Below, piece after piece: positions 51,716-62,159 of a stretch of DNA of 64,000 nt (position 1 is its first letter; each line of letters starts with the position of its first letter). Source of the DNA: Candidatus Latescibacterota bacterium (GTDB lineage: Bacteria; Latescibacterota; CBDEFO01); the NCBI GenBank assembly GCA_965248755.1, contig OZ252149.1, positions 2,656,001-2,720,000 of the forward strand, written 5' to 3'. The translations under genes and the position numbers were made by a program. Under the pieces are notes generated by a model. That model did no database searches. It saw only the letters and a list, made by a program, of their open reading frames with translations, and was not told the origin of the DNA.

Positions 51716-52248
51716 ACCCATAACGCCCTTATGATCCGCAGGGCTAAACGTACTGGTTCTGAAGGACCCCCGCTCTGAAATCCTCCGCATTCATCGGCAG
51801 AAGCAGTTACTCCTCCGTAATAAGTAAACTTTGATAACTCCTTTATAGTATATCTATGTATAGCCACCGCTTTCAGCCCCGCTGAACACAGACACTCCGC
51901 AGGCGGGGCTTCAAAACGCGCTCTTGGGCAAAGGGGAACAAATCGCCTTTGGAGACCCCACAGTAGAAGCGGATGGCATTCATCCACAGCTAACCAGTGT
52001 TGATATTCTCCAATTATGCTTATGAAGGAGGCTGTTAATTTTTTGCTTCTATCTACATCAGCAACTAATTCATGTACGACGAATATTATTCTTGGTCTTT
52101 CAGTACTTATGAACTATATTTATCAACGAGACAGGCTGAAATGAAGAGTTCAAACTGAGGTTCGCTACTGCAAAGATAAAAGATCTTTGAGATAAGGATA
52201 GCATACCGCTCCCCTTGACAGAGCGACAAATATTTCGCAAATTGGGGT

Positions 52249-52578
52249 TTGAGAAGGGAGGTCAAGGTGTCGAGCCCCGAAGTGAAAGATGGTAAGCGCT
52301 GGACGGCGACCCGTAAGGGAGAGATTGTGTTGGCTCTTTTGAGAGGAGCAGATCTATCTGAGGTGTGTCGTAAGAATGGAATTAGCCAGTCGCAGGCGTA
52401 TGCTTGGCGTGATAGTTTCTTAGAAGGGGGCCAGGAGAGTCTGAAGTCTCGGCGTGGTCGCAAGGATCCGAAGGAGCGAGAGGTTAGCCGGTTGGAGCGC
52501 AAGGTAGGGCAGTTGACGCTCCAGTTGGAGATACTCGAAGAGGTAGCCCGTCTAAAAAAAACGAAGCGGTTGCCTTGA
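52249..52578 (+). CDS. IS3 OrfA
   Basis: HTH; A-rich slippery run (TAAAAAAAAC) at ~52553-52562; likely start GTG 52267. Confidence 0.88.
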   Translation: MRREVKVSSPEVKDGKRWTATRKGEIVLALLRGADLSEVCRKNGISQSQAYAWRDSFLEGGQESLKSRRGRKDPKEREVSRLERKVGQLTLQLEILEEVARLKKTKRLP

Positions 52579-53438
52579 GTGGGCGGTTTTTGGGTCGAGG
52601 CTATTCCCGCAAGGTGGTAGCTTTGGCTTTGGGTTTGCATCGTTCGACTCTGTATAGGTTTAGGGATAGAGGTGTCAGTTCTTCTGTTAAAGAGCCTGTG
52701 ATAGATGAGGAGCTTGCTTTTCGTATTCGAGGGATACTGGACCAAGAAGAGGCATTTGGTCACAGGCGGGTTTGGGCGCATCTTCGTTTCAAGGAAGGGG
52801 AATGTGTCAACGTTAAGAAGGTTCATAGGATAATGAAGCTTAAGGGGTGGCAGTGTAAGCTGTGGAATCGTCCCGGGAGAAAGGGGCCACAGGTTGCCCA
52901 GAAGCGTTCTGTGGTGGATAGTCCCGACAGTTTGTGGTCGAGTGACTTGACAAAGATTTACTGTGGAAAAGATGGTTGGTGTCCTCTTATTGCGGTGGTG
53001 GACAACGGAAGCCGGGAGGTTCCTGGGTATCGTTTTAGTCGAAAAGGGAGGGCACTGGAGGCCACAGATGCCCTGGATCGGGCCGTGATCTCTCGATACA
53101 CTTCCAAGGAGGCTGTCCCCCAGGGTCTCACTTTGCGCTCTGACAATGGTTCCATCTTTTTGGCTCGGGCCTATTTGGCCAGTACCGAATATTGGGGAAT
53201 TCGTCAGGAATACATACCAAGTGGTAAACCCGATTGGAACGGTGTTGTAGAGCGTTTTTTCAGGACCCTCAAGCAAGAGTGTGTTTGGCTTCACAAGTTT
53301 GAATCCTTTGAACAGGCTGAGAAGATCATATCTCAGTGGATCGATAATTACAACAAGAACAGGCTTCATTCATCCCTGGGATATAAGACCCCAAAAGAGT
53401 GGAGAAAACAATTTTATCTACTACCCCAGGTTGCTTAA
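52575..53438 (+). CDS. IS3 OrfB (DDE), -1 frameshift fusion partner
   Basis: rve core motifs; overlaps OrfA in the -1 frame. Confidence 0.9.
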   Translation: MSGRFLGRGYSRKVVALALGLHRSTLYRFRDRGVSSSVKEPVIDEELAFRIRGILDQEEAFGHRRVWAHLRFKEGECVNVKKVHRIMKLKGWQCKLWNRPGRKGPQVAQKRSVVDSPDSLWSSDLTKIYCGKDGWCPLIAVVDNGSREVPGYRFSRKGRALEATDALDRAVISRYTSKEAVPQGLTLRSDNGSIFLARAYLASTEYWGIRQEYIPSGKPDWNGVVERFFRTLKQECVWLHKFESFEQAEKIISQWIDNYNKNRLHSSLGYKTPKEWRKQFYLLPQVA

Positions 53439-53467
53439 TTGGTGTCGCTTTCCTGGGAAGCAGTACA

Positions 53468-54600
53468 ATATTTCTTGGGCAGAAAGAATTCTTTTACCGC
53501 CCGGTGAGCACTTCGATAAAGAACAAAAGGTAGTAATAAAATGTTTTGAAACCAAAGATATTCTTGCCTGCCCGGGTAGTGGTAAAACAAAGGCTTTGAT
53601 TGCCAAGTTGTTGATTTTGTCCCGGCAAATGCCTCTTGAAAATAATAGGGGTATTTGCGTATTAACTCACACAAATGTGGCTATAAATGAAATAAAAAGC
53701 CACGCTTACTTTGCTTCTAAAAAGCTCTCTAATTACCCAAATCATTTTGGGACAATTCAAAGTTTCGTGGATAAATATCTTGCGATACCGACGTATATCA
53801 ATCAGTTCAACCGAAGACCATTATTCATAAACAACGAAATTTATCTTGATAGGATGGAAAGAACGAGAAAATATTTAGGTAGAAAAACAAATGCATTTTG
53901 CTATCAGAGCGGTCATAAAGATTTGCCTTATTCACTTAGATTTGAAGATTTTTCCCTGGATGATAATGGTATATGTAAAAGACTTAAATTAGATTCAAAT
54001 GATACAACTCAAAGAGCACACTATGATAGATTGCTAAGACTAAAAGAACGGATACTTTTGGATGGAATACTAAGCTATGATGATGCATATTATATAGCAG
54101 AAAGACACATTGAAAAGCACCCTAATTTGAAAAACGTATTTGCAAAAAGATTTGCCTATGTTTTCATAGATGAAATGCAGGATTCAAGTACAATACAGTC
54201 CGAACTGATGAATAAAATATTCAATGATAATGTTGTTATTCAAAAAATAGGTGATTTAAATCAATCAATATTTGACTATGACCCTAACTTGGAATGCGGT
54301 TGGGCAGTAATTGACGACAGAACTATGTGTATTACAGGTAGTAAAAGATTTTCTAACGCTATAGCAAGCAAGGTTGAAAAACTTTGTGTTTTCCGGCAGA
54401 CAATAACGGGAAATGGCAGGCAAAATGAAATTACTCCTGTTATCATTGTTTATGATGATTATACTATTCAGCAGGTATTAGATAAATTCGGTGAAATAAT
54501 TATCAGAAATAATCTACATCAGAATGAGAAAAGGGTATTTAAAGCAGTTGGATGGCGTGGAAAACCGCATGACACAAAAAGAACTATACCAAGTTATTGG
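53468..54600 (+). pseudogene. UvrD/SF1 helicase (GajB-like), N part; start lost to IS3 B
   Basis: ACPGSGKT, LTHTNVA, GTIQSF, IDEMQD, IGDLNQSIF. Confidence 0.85.
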
Positions 54601-54629
54601 TGTACTGCTTCCCAGGAAAGCGACACCAA

Positions 54630-55389
54630 TTAAGCAACCTGGGGTAGTAGATAAAATTGTTTTCTCCACTCTTTTGGGGTCTTATATCCCAGGGATGAAT
54701 GAAGCCTGTTCTTGTTGTAATTATCGATCCACTGAGATATGATCTTCTCAGCCTGTTCAAAGGATTCAAACTTGTGAAGCCAAACACACTCTTGCTTGAG
54801 GGTCCTGAAAAAACGCTCTACAACACCGTTCCAATCGGGTTTACCACTTGGTATGTATTCCTGACGAATTCCCCAATATTCGGTACTGGCCAAATAGGCC
54901 CGAGCCAAAAAGATGGAACCATTGTCAGAGCGCAAAGTGAGACCCTGGGGGACAGCCTCCTTGGAAGTGTATCGAGAGATCACGGCCCGATCCAGGGCAT
55001 CTGTGGCCTCCAGTGCCCTCCCTTTTCGACTAAAACGATACCCAGGAACCTCCCGGCTTCCGTTGTCCACCACCGCAATAAGAGGACACCAACCATCTTT
55101 TCCACAGTAAATCTTTGTCAAGTCACTCGACCACAAACTGTCGGGACTATCCACCACAGAACGCTTCTGGGCAACCTGTGGCCCCTTTCTCCCGGGACGA
55201 TTCCACAGCTTACACTGCCACCCCTTAAGCTTCATTATCCTATGAACCTTCTTAACGTTGACACATTCCCCTTCCTTGAAACGAAGATGCGCCCAAACCC
55301 GCCTGTGACCAAATGCCTCTTCTTGGTCCAGTATCCCTCGAATACGAAAAGCAAGCTCCTCATCTATCACAGGCTCTTTAACAGAAGAA
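54630..55389 (-). pseudogene. IS3 OrfB fragment
   Basis: Same as the 47522-48281 fragment. Confidence 0.85.
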
Positions 55390-55394
55390 CTGAC

Positions 55395-57020
55395 CCCCCA
55401 TTCGCCATATTAGACCCGAAAAATGGTTGTCAAAGTCGCCAGAACATGTTATATTACAATAAATAAGACTCATAAATGGCGGATAAATATTGATCATCCA
55501 GAGGGTGAAAGAATGAAAGTAGGTTTTGATGGAGGAATAAAGCTTGAATTTCATGGTGCAAAGGTGACATCAAACGGTGGACTTCTTGCGTATCGTGACC
55601 TTGATTACGCACTGGGATTATTTGATTCGGTATCAGCGGTTTTTACCGATAAACGCACAGGCCGTAATATCCAACATGATATATCTACTCTCCTGCGTCA
55701 ATCGATATACAGCCGTCTTGCAGGATATGAAGATGTAAATGACGCCGAGCGATTATCCGTTGATCCCGTCATGCGAGCGATTACCGGAAAGAAGGACAAA
55801 GGCAGGCAAGCTGCCAGCTCCAACACGATAGGACGTTTTGAAACTGATATACTGACTCAGCATGACAATCTCAGAAACTTGTCAGATATCAATGGCAAGT
55901 GGGTTCAAAAAGCGATGAGTAAAACACAGCATCAACGAATCATTCTGGACATGGACAGTTCGGAGAGTCCGGTACATGGCCAGCAGGAAGGATCAGCTTA
56001 CAACGGTCATTTCGGATGTACCTGTTTTCATCCAGTGTTCTGCTTCAATCAGTTCGGGGATTGTGAAGGAGTCCTACTTCGCTCTGGTAATGTTCACAGT
56101 GCTGATCGTTGGAAGGAAGTTCTGGAACCGATCGTCAAGAGATACGAGAGCAAGAAGAATAGGAAATACTTTCGAGGCGATGCTGCATTCGCAAAGCCTG
56201 AGATTTATGATTATCTGGAGGGAAACGGCTATTTGTATGCCATTCGGCTTCCCGCAAATGAGATACTCTATGAAAAGATACGATACCTGCTGACTCGGCC
56301 AGTTGGACGACCGCCGAGGAAACCGATTGTATCGTTATATGAATTTCAATATAAAGCGGCCAGTTGGGATCAATCGAGGCGAGTGGTCGCCAAGGTTGAA
56401 TGGCACCAAGGGGAGTTATTCCCAAGAGTGGGATTTATCGTGACCAACATGAGCGCCAAGCCAGAAGGCGTGGTACACTTCTACAATGGCCGTGGCAGAG
56501 CTGAGCAGTGGATTAAGGAGGGCAAGTATGCTCTGAACTGGACCCGACTCTCATGCAAGCGTTTCGTCTCCAATCAGGTGAGGCTCTGGCTGTTTGTTCT
56601 GGCTTACAACTTGGGCAACTTCCTGCGACGTTTTGTTCTTCCGAAGAAAATCAAACACTGGTCACTACGCAGCCTCCTCGTGAAATTTATCAAAATCGGA
56701 GCGAAGATTGTCAGACACAGCGGATATATTACGTTTCAAATGGCTGAGGTTGGGATAGACAAGAGGTTATTTGCCGAAATATTATCCCGGATTGAACGAT
56801 TGCGATGTTATTCTGTTTAAACTGCCACATTTTTTTGTGAGTCGATGGAGAGGTGTCTCTAATTGGAGGATTTAAACACAAAGAAAGTGATAATTCAGAG
56901 GAAAATACTATTTTAATTGAAAAAAGTACTTGTTGAAAAATGTAAAAGTGGTAATATTAATTCAGAAACAAGAATGTATCGAAATATAATCCCTCATGAA
57001 TGTGATATGGGGAATGTCGG
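55395..57020 (+). mobile_element. IS1380-family copy 3 (1626 bp)
   Basis: Same IRs and sequence as copy 2. Confidence 0.93.
55423..56820 (+). CDS. IS1380-family transposase
   Basis: Same 465-aa ORF. Confidence 0.93.
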   Translation: MVVKVARTCYITINKTHKWRINIDHPEGERMKVGFDGGIKLEFHGAKVTSNGGLLAYRDLDYALGLFDSVSAVFTDKRTGRNIQHDISTLLRQSIYSRLAGYEDVNDAERLSVDPVMRAITGKKDKGRQAASSNTIGRFETDILTQHDNLRNLSDINGKWVQKAMSKTQHQRIILDMDSSESPVHGQQEGSAYNGHFGCTCFHPVFCFNQFGDCEGVLLRSGNVHSADRWKEVLEPIVKRYESKKNRKYFRGDAAFAKPEIYDYLEGNGYLYAIRLPANEILYEKIRYLLTRPVGRPPRKPIVSLYEFQYKAASWDQSRRVVAKVEWHQGELFPRVGFIVTNMSAKPEGVVHFYNGRGRAEQWIKEGKYALNWTRLSCKRFVSNQVRLWLFVLAYNLGNFLRRFVLPKKIKHWSLRSLLVKFIKIGAKIVRHSGYITFQMAEVGIDKRLFAEILSRIERLRCYSV

Positions 57021-57580
57021 ATAAGTACGAGAAAAAGGTCTCAGCTCAGATTTCTGCTCAACAGGAAGCATTAATGGCGGTGGCTACTGCTCGGGCCAAA
57101 GCGCAGCAGGCCGAGCAGGAAAAGCTGACTAAAGAGGCCGTAGGTAAAGCCAATGTCATTAAAGCCCAGTACGAAAAGGAGGAGGAGAAGATTCGTGCTG
57201 TGGTTGAAGCCCTGCAGGAAAAAGAGGTCGCCGAATTGCGAGCCCAACAGGAGCTTGAGGTAGCCAAGCTGCAGCGGCAGGCCGCAGAACTCCAAAAGCA
57301 GCGCGAAATCCTGCTGGGCCAGGGCGAAGCCGAACGCAAAAGGCTGATAATGAAGGCAGACGGCTCCTTAAAGATAAAGCTTGAGACTTACGAAAAGGTG
57401 ATGAAGTTTTGGGCTGATGCTTATGCAAAACGTCAGGTTCCGCAGCTGGTTATGGGTGGTTCTGGCGGTGCTAGTGGCACCGATCAATCCACTCTAAATT
57501 TCAATTCGGCCATGCAACTTTTGGTGGCAAAACAGCTTGGTCTAGACCTCAACGTGCCCAGAGGGACTGCTGGGAGGTAA
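57021..57580 (+). pseudogene. C-terminal coiled-coil fragment of an SPFH/band-7-like protein (cargo)
   Basis: Ala/Glu/Gln/Lys-rich heptads, GEAERKRLIMKADG..VPQLVMGG; 5' end abuts the IS IRR. Confidence 0.6.
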
Positions 57581-57587
57581 GGGGTGT

Positions 57588-58082
57588 GAGATCCAGCCTC
57601 TCTTCAAGCGGGCACTGACAATCAGTAAGAAGGTCCTCGGTCTAGACCATCCTAACGTGAAAGTCCTTCGATATGCACTTGAGGACGTCGAAGGGAAACG
57701 CAGGACGGTCTGCGTATCCTCTCAGGTCGGGTGTGCTCTGGGATGCACCTTCTGTTCGACCGCAAGGATGGGGCTGATACGGAACCTCTCTGCCGCAGAG
57801 ATTATAGATCAGCTCATATCCGTCAGGAGACATCATAAGCAGATAGACGACGGCATCACCAACGTGGTGATGATGGGTATGGGAGAGCCGCTCCTGAACT
57901 ACAAAAACGTGGTCAGGGCCATAAGGCTCATGGGTCTGGAGATGGGACTCGGGATCGGCGCTCGCAAGATAACCGTCTCCACGGCAGGATTTGTGCCCGG
58001 CATAGATCGGCTCAGAGATATCTCCGCCGCCTGCGGTCAGCTTATAACACCGGTCCCCAGGCAGGGGGCTGTCATATTTTAA
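57588..58082 (+). pseudogene. rlmN: Chimeric remnant: TPR fragment + internally deleted rlmN
   Basis: [22 protein letters not shown] then [32 protein letters not shown], jumping to DISAACGQL. Confidence 0.75.
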
Positions 58083-58208
58083 GTGTCATATACGTGAGCA
58101 CAGAGAGATGTTAGAGCGGATAGAAGATGTGGAAAACCTGGAGATGTTTGAGGAGATGAGAAAGAAGTCCCCTCAATTTCAGGAAGCGCAACAATTTCAT
58201 GAATTAAT

Positions 58209-58235
58209 GTCATTCCCGTGGAAACGGGAATCCAG
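58209..58235. repeat. GTCATTCCCG-N-CGGGAATCCAG palindrome (dRS3/REP-like)
   Basis: ATTCCC-8nt-GGGAAT. Confidence 0.6.
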
Positions 58236-58277
58236 GGATGCCATGAAACCCTATTACTTGCTAGTTAGCAAATGCGG

Positions 58278-59629
58278 CTGAGTATCTGTTGTTAAAGGCA
58301 GTGGATGAACTGATAGCTTCGAATAAAAATATAAATTTCAAATCAATCTATAACTGGATTTTAAATTACCAACCTTTTTCAAGGGAAAGGGACTGGAAGG
58401 CATCTGCTTTAAATGTTTTATACAAAGTAACTACAGGATCAACAGGCGAGGTTCTGAATTCTGATAGGACAATTGAGATTGAGAAACTTACAGAGAAGCA
58501 GGTTGTATTGGAAATCGGAAGTGTAGGGAGTCAACAGGATAAAAGCTTTTTTGTTCAGACTTTACTTTTAAGGATCTACAGACATTTTTTAAAATTAGGA
58601 AGTTCTAAAGATTTGAGGTTCTCTATCGTTTTGGAAGAAGCACATAATCTCCTTCTAAAACATAAAATAGGTTATGAAAGTGTAACTGAATTAGTCTTAC
58701 GACAGATAAGGGAGTTGGGAGTTGGCTGTATTATAGCAGATCAGCATCCACATTTGATGACACTGCCGGCTATAGCAAACTATGCAACTATATGTATGAA
58801 TTTGAAGACTGAGGAAGATGTTAGGACAATGGCAAATGCTATGCTCTTGGATAAGGAGAGGGATTACATAGGCAGACTTCCTGTAGGATGGGGTATCATA
58901 AAGCTTCAGGATAGATTTTTGAAGCCTTTCTTGGTTAGATTTCCTGAATGTAAGATGGGAGATGGGAAGGTTCCATCTTCATTAAGTGATTTCACAGATT
59001 TCAGTCTTAAGACAGCTGGAGCTGCTGGAAATACAGGGATTTGGCATAGAGATAAACTTAGCAGGAGAGAGAAGGTATTTTTGACAGATATTTTCAAGCA
59101 TCCAGAATCCTATGTTATTGAGAGATATAAAAGGTTAGAGGTAAATCCAAGGGCTGGCAATCAGTGTTTAAAAGATTTGGAGGAGAGGGGATTCATCAAG
59201 CCTGTGTATGTAAGAGTTAAAAGAGGGAAGGTGAAGCTGTTTGACCTCACGGCCCTTGGGAGAGAGTATCTTAAAAAGCTTGGGTATAGAGCATCTAACA
59301 GAAGTGGTGGGGCAGAGCATAAGTTCTGGCAGAGGAAAGTGATGGAGCATTACATTGCAAAGGGTTATAAAGTTTATCCTGAATATTCTGTTGGGGCTGG
59401 GAAGAAGGTTGATGTTGTTGCTGTCAAGGATGGAAGGAAAATAGCGATTGAGATTGAGACCGGGAAATCTGATGCTGTCTCTAATATCGTAAAATGTGTA
59501 AAGGCTGGATTTGAACAGGTAATATCTGTTGCCGTATCCAAAAGACTTAAAGAGGATATAGAAAAAAGCTTAAAAGGGAAAATCGTGGATAAAGTAAAAG
59601 TGGTCTGTTTAAAACGGATTGATCTGTGA
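58278..59629 (+). pseudogene. 5'-truncated HerA/VirB4-like ATPase fused to wHTH and a PD-(D/E)xK-like domain (cargo)
   Basis: IVLEEAHN (Walker B), RELGVG.IIADQHP; C-terminal EH..VDVV..IAIEIETG; Walker A absent. Confidence 0.7.
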
Positions 59630-59901
59630 TGGGATGGAACATGTCTTGCGCATTTGGATGGATAATAATGAAGGTGCAAAGTTTCGCCTGTTTTTTCCAA
59701 AACCTTGAAACTACTCTGGATCTCAGTGCATCGGACCAGTTGAAATCGAAAGAATTAAATACCTGGAATCACAACCTTTAAAACAGGAGTAAACTTCATT
59801 CTCTTTTATTACCCTTCAAGCCAGTAGCCCTCCGGTGGCTCTTTGTCTTCAAGGGTAACTTAGGGGGAACTTTTAAATAGAAGCTATACTTTCCCAATTG
59901 T

Positions 59902-61113
59902 ATGAAGCAAACAATTATAGATATCCATAACTTTGCACAAAAAGAACAGACAGCCAGAAAACATTTACTTGAAGCAGAAATATCTAATAGAAGTAAGGAA
60001 CTGATTTTAGAGTTCATAGATGACCTGGAATGCAGTGGAATGGGAAAAGCAAGAATTGTAAAGACAATTTCTATGGTGAAGAATATTGCAATGAAATTGA
60101 AAAAGGGGTTTCCATCAGCAGATGAAAATGATCTGAAGAAGTTTGTGAAGTCGATTCAAAACAATGGTTTTTATTCTGCCTGGACAAAGCAGGATTACAA
60201 CAAGGCGTTGAAGAAATTCTACAGGTGGCTCATAGGGAAAGGTTACACAAAAGTTGATGTTGAGTGGATACCAATAACGATGAAGTCAAAGGATAAGCCA
60301 AAACTCAAAAGAAGTGAGCTTCTAACAGAAGAGGAAGCGCATAAGGTTGTGGAGGAATGTGAGAATGCAAGGGACAAGGCATTGATATCCTTGATATGGG
60401 ATACTGGTGCAAGGATAGGAGAGATAGGTTCTATGACGATTGGCAGCGTACATTTTGAAGATGGTGGAACACTTGTGGATCTTAAAGGCAAGACAGGAAG
60501 CAGGACAGTTTTTGTTATTGAGAGCACACCACATCTGTTGACATGGCTCAAGCTTCACCCCTTCAAGGACGATCCAAAGACTCCCCTGTGGGTGACCATG
60601 GGACAGGATAGGATACACAAATATAAGCCGTTAAGATACCGGACATTCTACAAAATATTTGAGAGGTCTTTCAAAAAAGCTGGAATAAGGAAATCCTGGA
60701 ACCCGCATCTGTACAGACATTCTCGGGCTTTATGGTGTGTGCTGAATAACTGGAACACTATTATGGCCAACAAGTTCTTTGGCTGGGCAGACAACAGCAA
60801 TATGTATTCTTACTACGTATCTTTGGCTAATGAAGATGTGAAAGAGAAGATGATGCAGAGCTATGGGATAAGCACGAAGAAGGAAGATGAACTGGAAAAG
60901 AGAAAGCCGAAAATATGTGCCAGATGTGAGGCTTTGAATCAGCCCAAAGTGAAATTCTGCTATAGATGTGGTATGGCGATAGATCTAAAGACTGTGTTGA
61001 GCTTAGACGAGCAACGGAAGGCTTCTGATGAACTGATGAACGCACTTGTGAAAGATCCTGAAGTTCAGAGGATTCTTGTCAACAAGATCAGGGAAATGAG
61101 ACTAAGGGTGTAA
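59902..61113 (+). CDS. Tyrosine recombinase/integrase with C-terminal Zn ribbon (archaeal-type)
   Basis: DTGARIGE, GKTG.R, PHLYRHSRA, FGW..YY; CARC..N..FCYRCG. Confidence 0.88.
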   Translation: MKQTIIDIHNFAQKEQTARKHLLEAEISNRSKELILEFIDDLECSGMGKARIVKTISMVKNIAMKLKKGFPSADENDLKKFVKSIQNNGFYSAWTKQDYNKALKKFYRWLIGKGYTKVDVEWIPITMKSKDKPKLKRSELLTEEEAHKVVEECENARDKALISLIWDTGARIGEIGSMTIGSVHFEDGGTLVDLKGKTGSRTVFVIESTPHLLTWLKLHPFKDDPKTPLWVTMGQDRIHKYKPLRYRTFYKIFERSFKKAGIRKSWNPHLYRHSRALWCVLNNWNTIMANKFFGWADNSNMYSYYVSLANEDVKEKMMQSYGISTKKEDELEKRKPKICARCEALNQPKVKFCYRCGMAIDLKTVLSLDEQRKASDELMNALVKDPEVQRILVNKIREMRLRV

Positions 61114-61274
61114 TCTAGTATTCACATTTTCTGAGTCTTACTGTTTTTGACCTTTTGACCCTGCCGGCTTTTTGTAAAGAACCCATCGTTTCTTTGTCCC
61201 TCCCCATTTCACGCCCCAATTCATACCCAACTACGTGGAAAGTTGTTATATACTTCTGGCTCTCACCTCCTTTT

Positions 61275-61382
61275 ATGGCATCAGAAAAAGAGAAGGAGAT
61301 ATTCAGCCACCTTCCGGAGTGGATGAAGATATTAAACGATATGACCAAGGAGATTGAAGAACAAGAATCTGAAAAGTACTAA
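61275..61382 (+). CDS. Small hypothetical protein (35 aa)
   Basis: MASEKEKEIFSHLPEW..; TATA-like TTATATA 29 nt upstream. Confidence 0.4.
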   Translation: MASEKEKEIFSHLPEWMKILNDMTKEIEEQESEKY

Positions 61383-61493
61383 AATGCTCTTATATCCTAA
61401 ATTTCAGGGGAATTGTAAATCGAACTTCTATGGAAAGCCTTTTGAAGCTATTGATTATCTTTCTCTTAGTTTATACAACGCAGGAGTGATAAA

Positions 61494-61682
61494 ATGACAA
61501 AAGTAATTGACCCAAACTTTGAAACCTTTGGATGGAAAACCCATGTTAGAGAAAGAAGAGGTTCGTTTAAGATTACTATAAACAATCTGATAGCTGTGGG
61601 GGCAGGACTGAAACACGGACAGCCCCTGTACTGCTATGTTGCCAAAGATAAGGATGGCAGGACCTTAATTGTAATATATCCG
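61494..61682 (+). pseudogene. Small AbrB-like protein, 3' end cut at the cargo boundary
   Basis: GGAGTGA RBS; RERRGSFKITI..GLKHGQPL. Confidence 0.5.
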
Positions 61683-61782
61683 CTGACACCTCTATCCCTA
61701 AACCTATACAGAGTCGAACGATGCAAACCCAAAGCCAAAGCTACCACCTTGCGGGAATAGCCTCGACCCAAAAACCGCCCAC

Positions 61783-62112
61783 TCAAGGCAACCGCTTCGT
61801 TTTTTTTAGACGGGCTACCTCTTCGAGTATCTCCAACTGGAGCGTCAACTGCCCTACCTTGCGCTCCAACCGGCTAACCTCTCGCTCCTTCGGATCCTTG
61901 CGACCACGCCGAGACTTCAGACTCTCCTGGCCCCCTTCTAAGAAACTATCACGCCAAGCATACGCCTGCGACTGGCTAATTCCATTCTTACGACACACCT
62001 CAGATAGATCTGCTCCTCTCAAAAGAGCCAACACAATCTCTCCCTTACGGGTCGCCGTCCAGCGCTTACCATCTTTCACTTCGGGGCTCGACACCTTGAC
62101 CTCCCTTCTCAA
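61783..62112 (-). CDS. IS3 OrfA
   Basis: Same as the other copies. Confidence 0.85.
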   Translation of the reverse strand: MRREVKVSSPEVKDGKRWTATRKGEIVLALLRGADLSEVCRKNGISQSQAYAWRDSFLEGGQESLKSRRGRKDPKEREVSRLERKVGQLTLQLEILEEVARLKKTKRLP

Positions 62113-62159
62113 ACCCCAATTTGCGAAATATTTGTCGCTCTGTCAAGGGGAGCGGTATG

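Larger units (their letters stand above)
52202..53467 (+). mobile_element. IS3-family copy B, intact (1266 bp), no matching TSD
   Basis: IRL CATACCGCTCCCC.. / IRR ..GGGAAGCAGTACA; flanks ATAG / ATAT. Confidence 0.93.
54601..62159 (-). mobile_element. IS3-family copy C composite (IS3 arms + IS1380 + 4.66-kb cargo); 4-bp TSD TTGG
   Basis: Arms 54601-55394 and 61683-62159; TTGG at 54597-54600 and 62160-62163; CTGAC duplicated at 55390-55394 and 61683-61687. Confidence 0.92.

Noticed and set aside
51740..51980. GC-rich hairpin-containing segment as ncRNA or IS200/605 end
   Set aside because: Only one short inverted repeat (GCCCCGC/GCGGGGC); no family features identifiable by eye
52107..53369. 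Long antisense ORFs (420, 255, 154, 151 aa) over IS3 copies
   Set aside because: Shadows of the transposase on the opposite strand; their ends vary with flanking DNA
53281..54633. 450-aa ORF as an intact helicase
   Set aside because: N- and C-terminal residues derive from IS3 ends; the real gene is split
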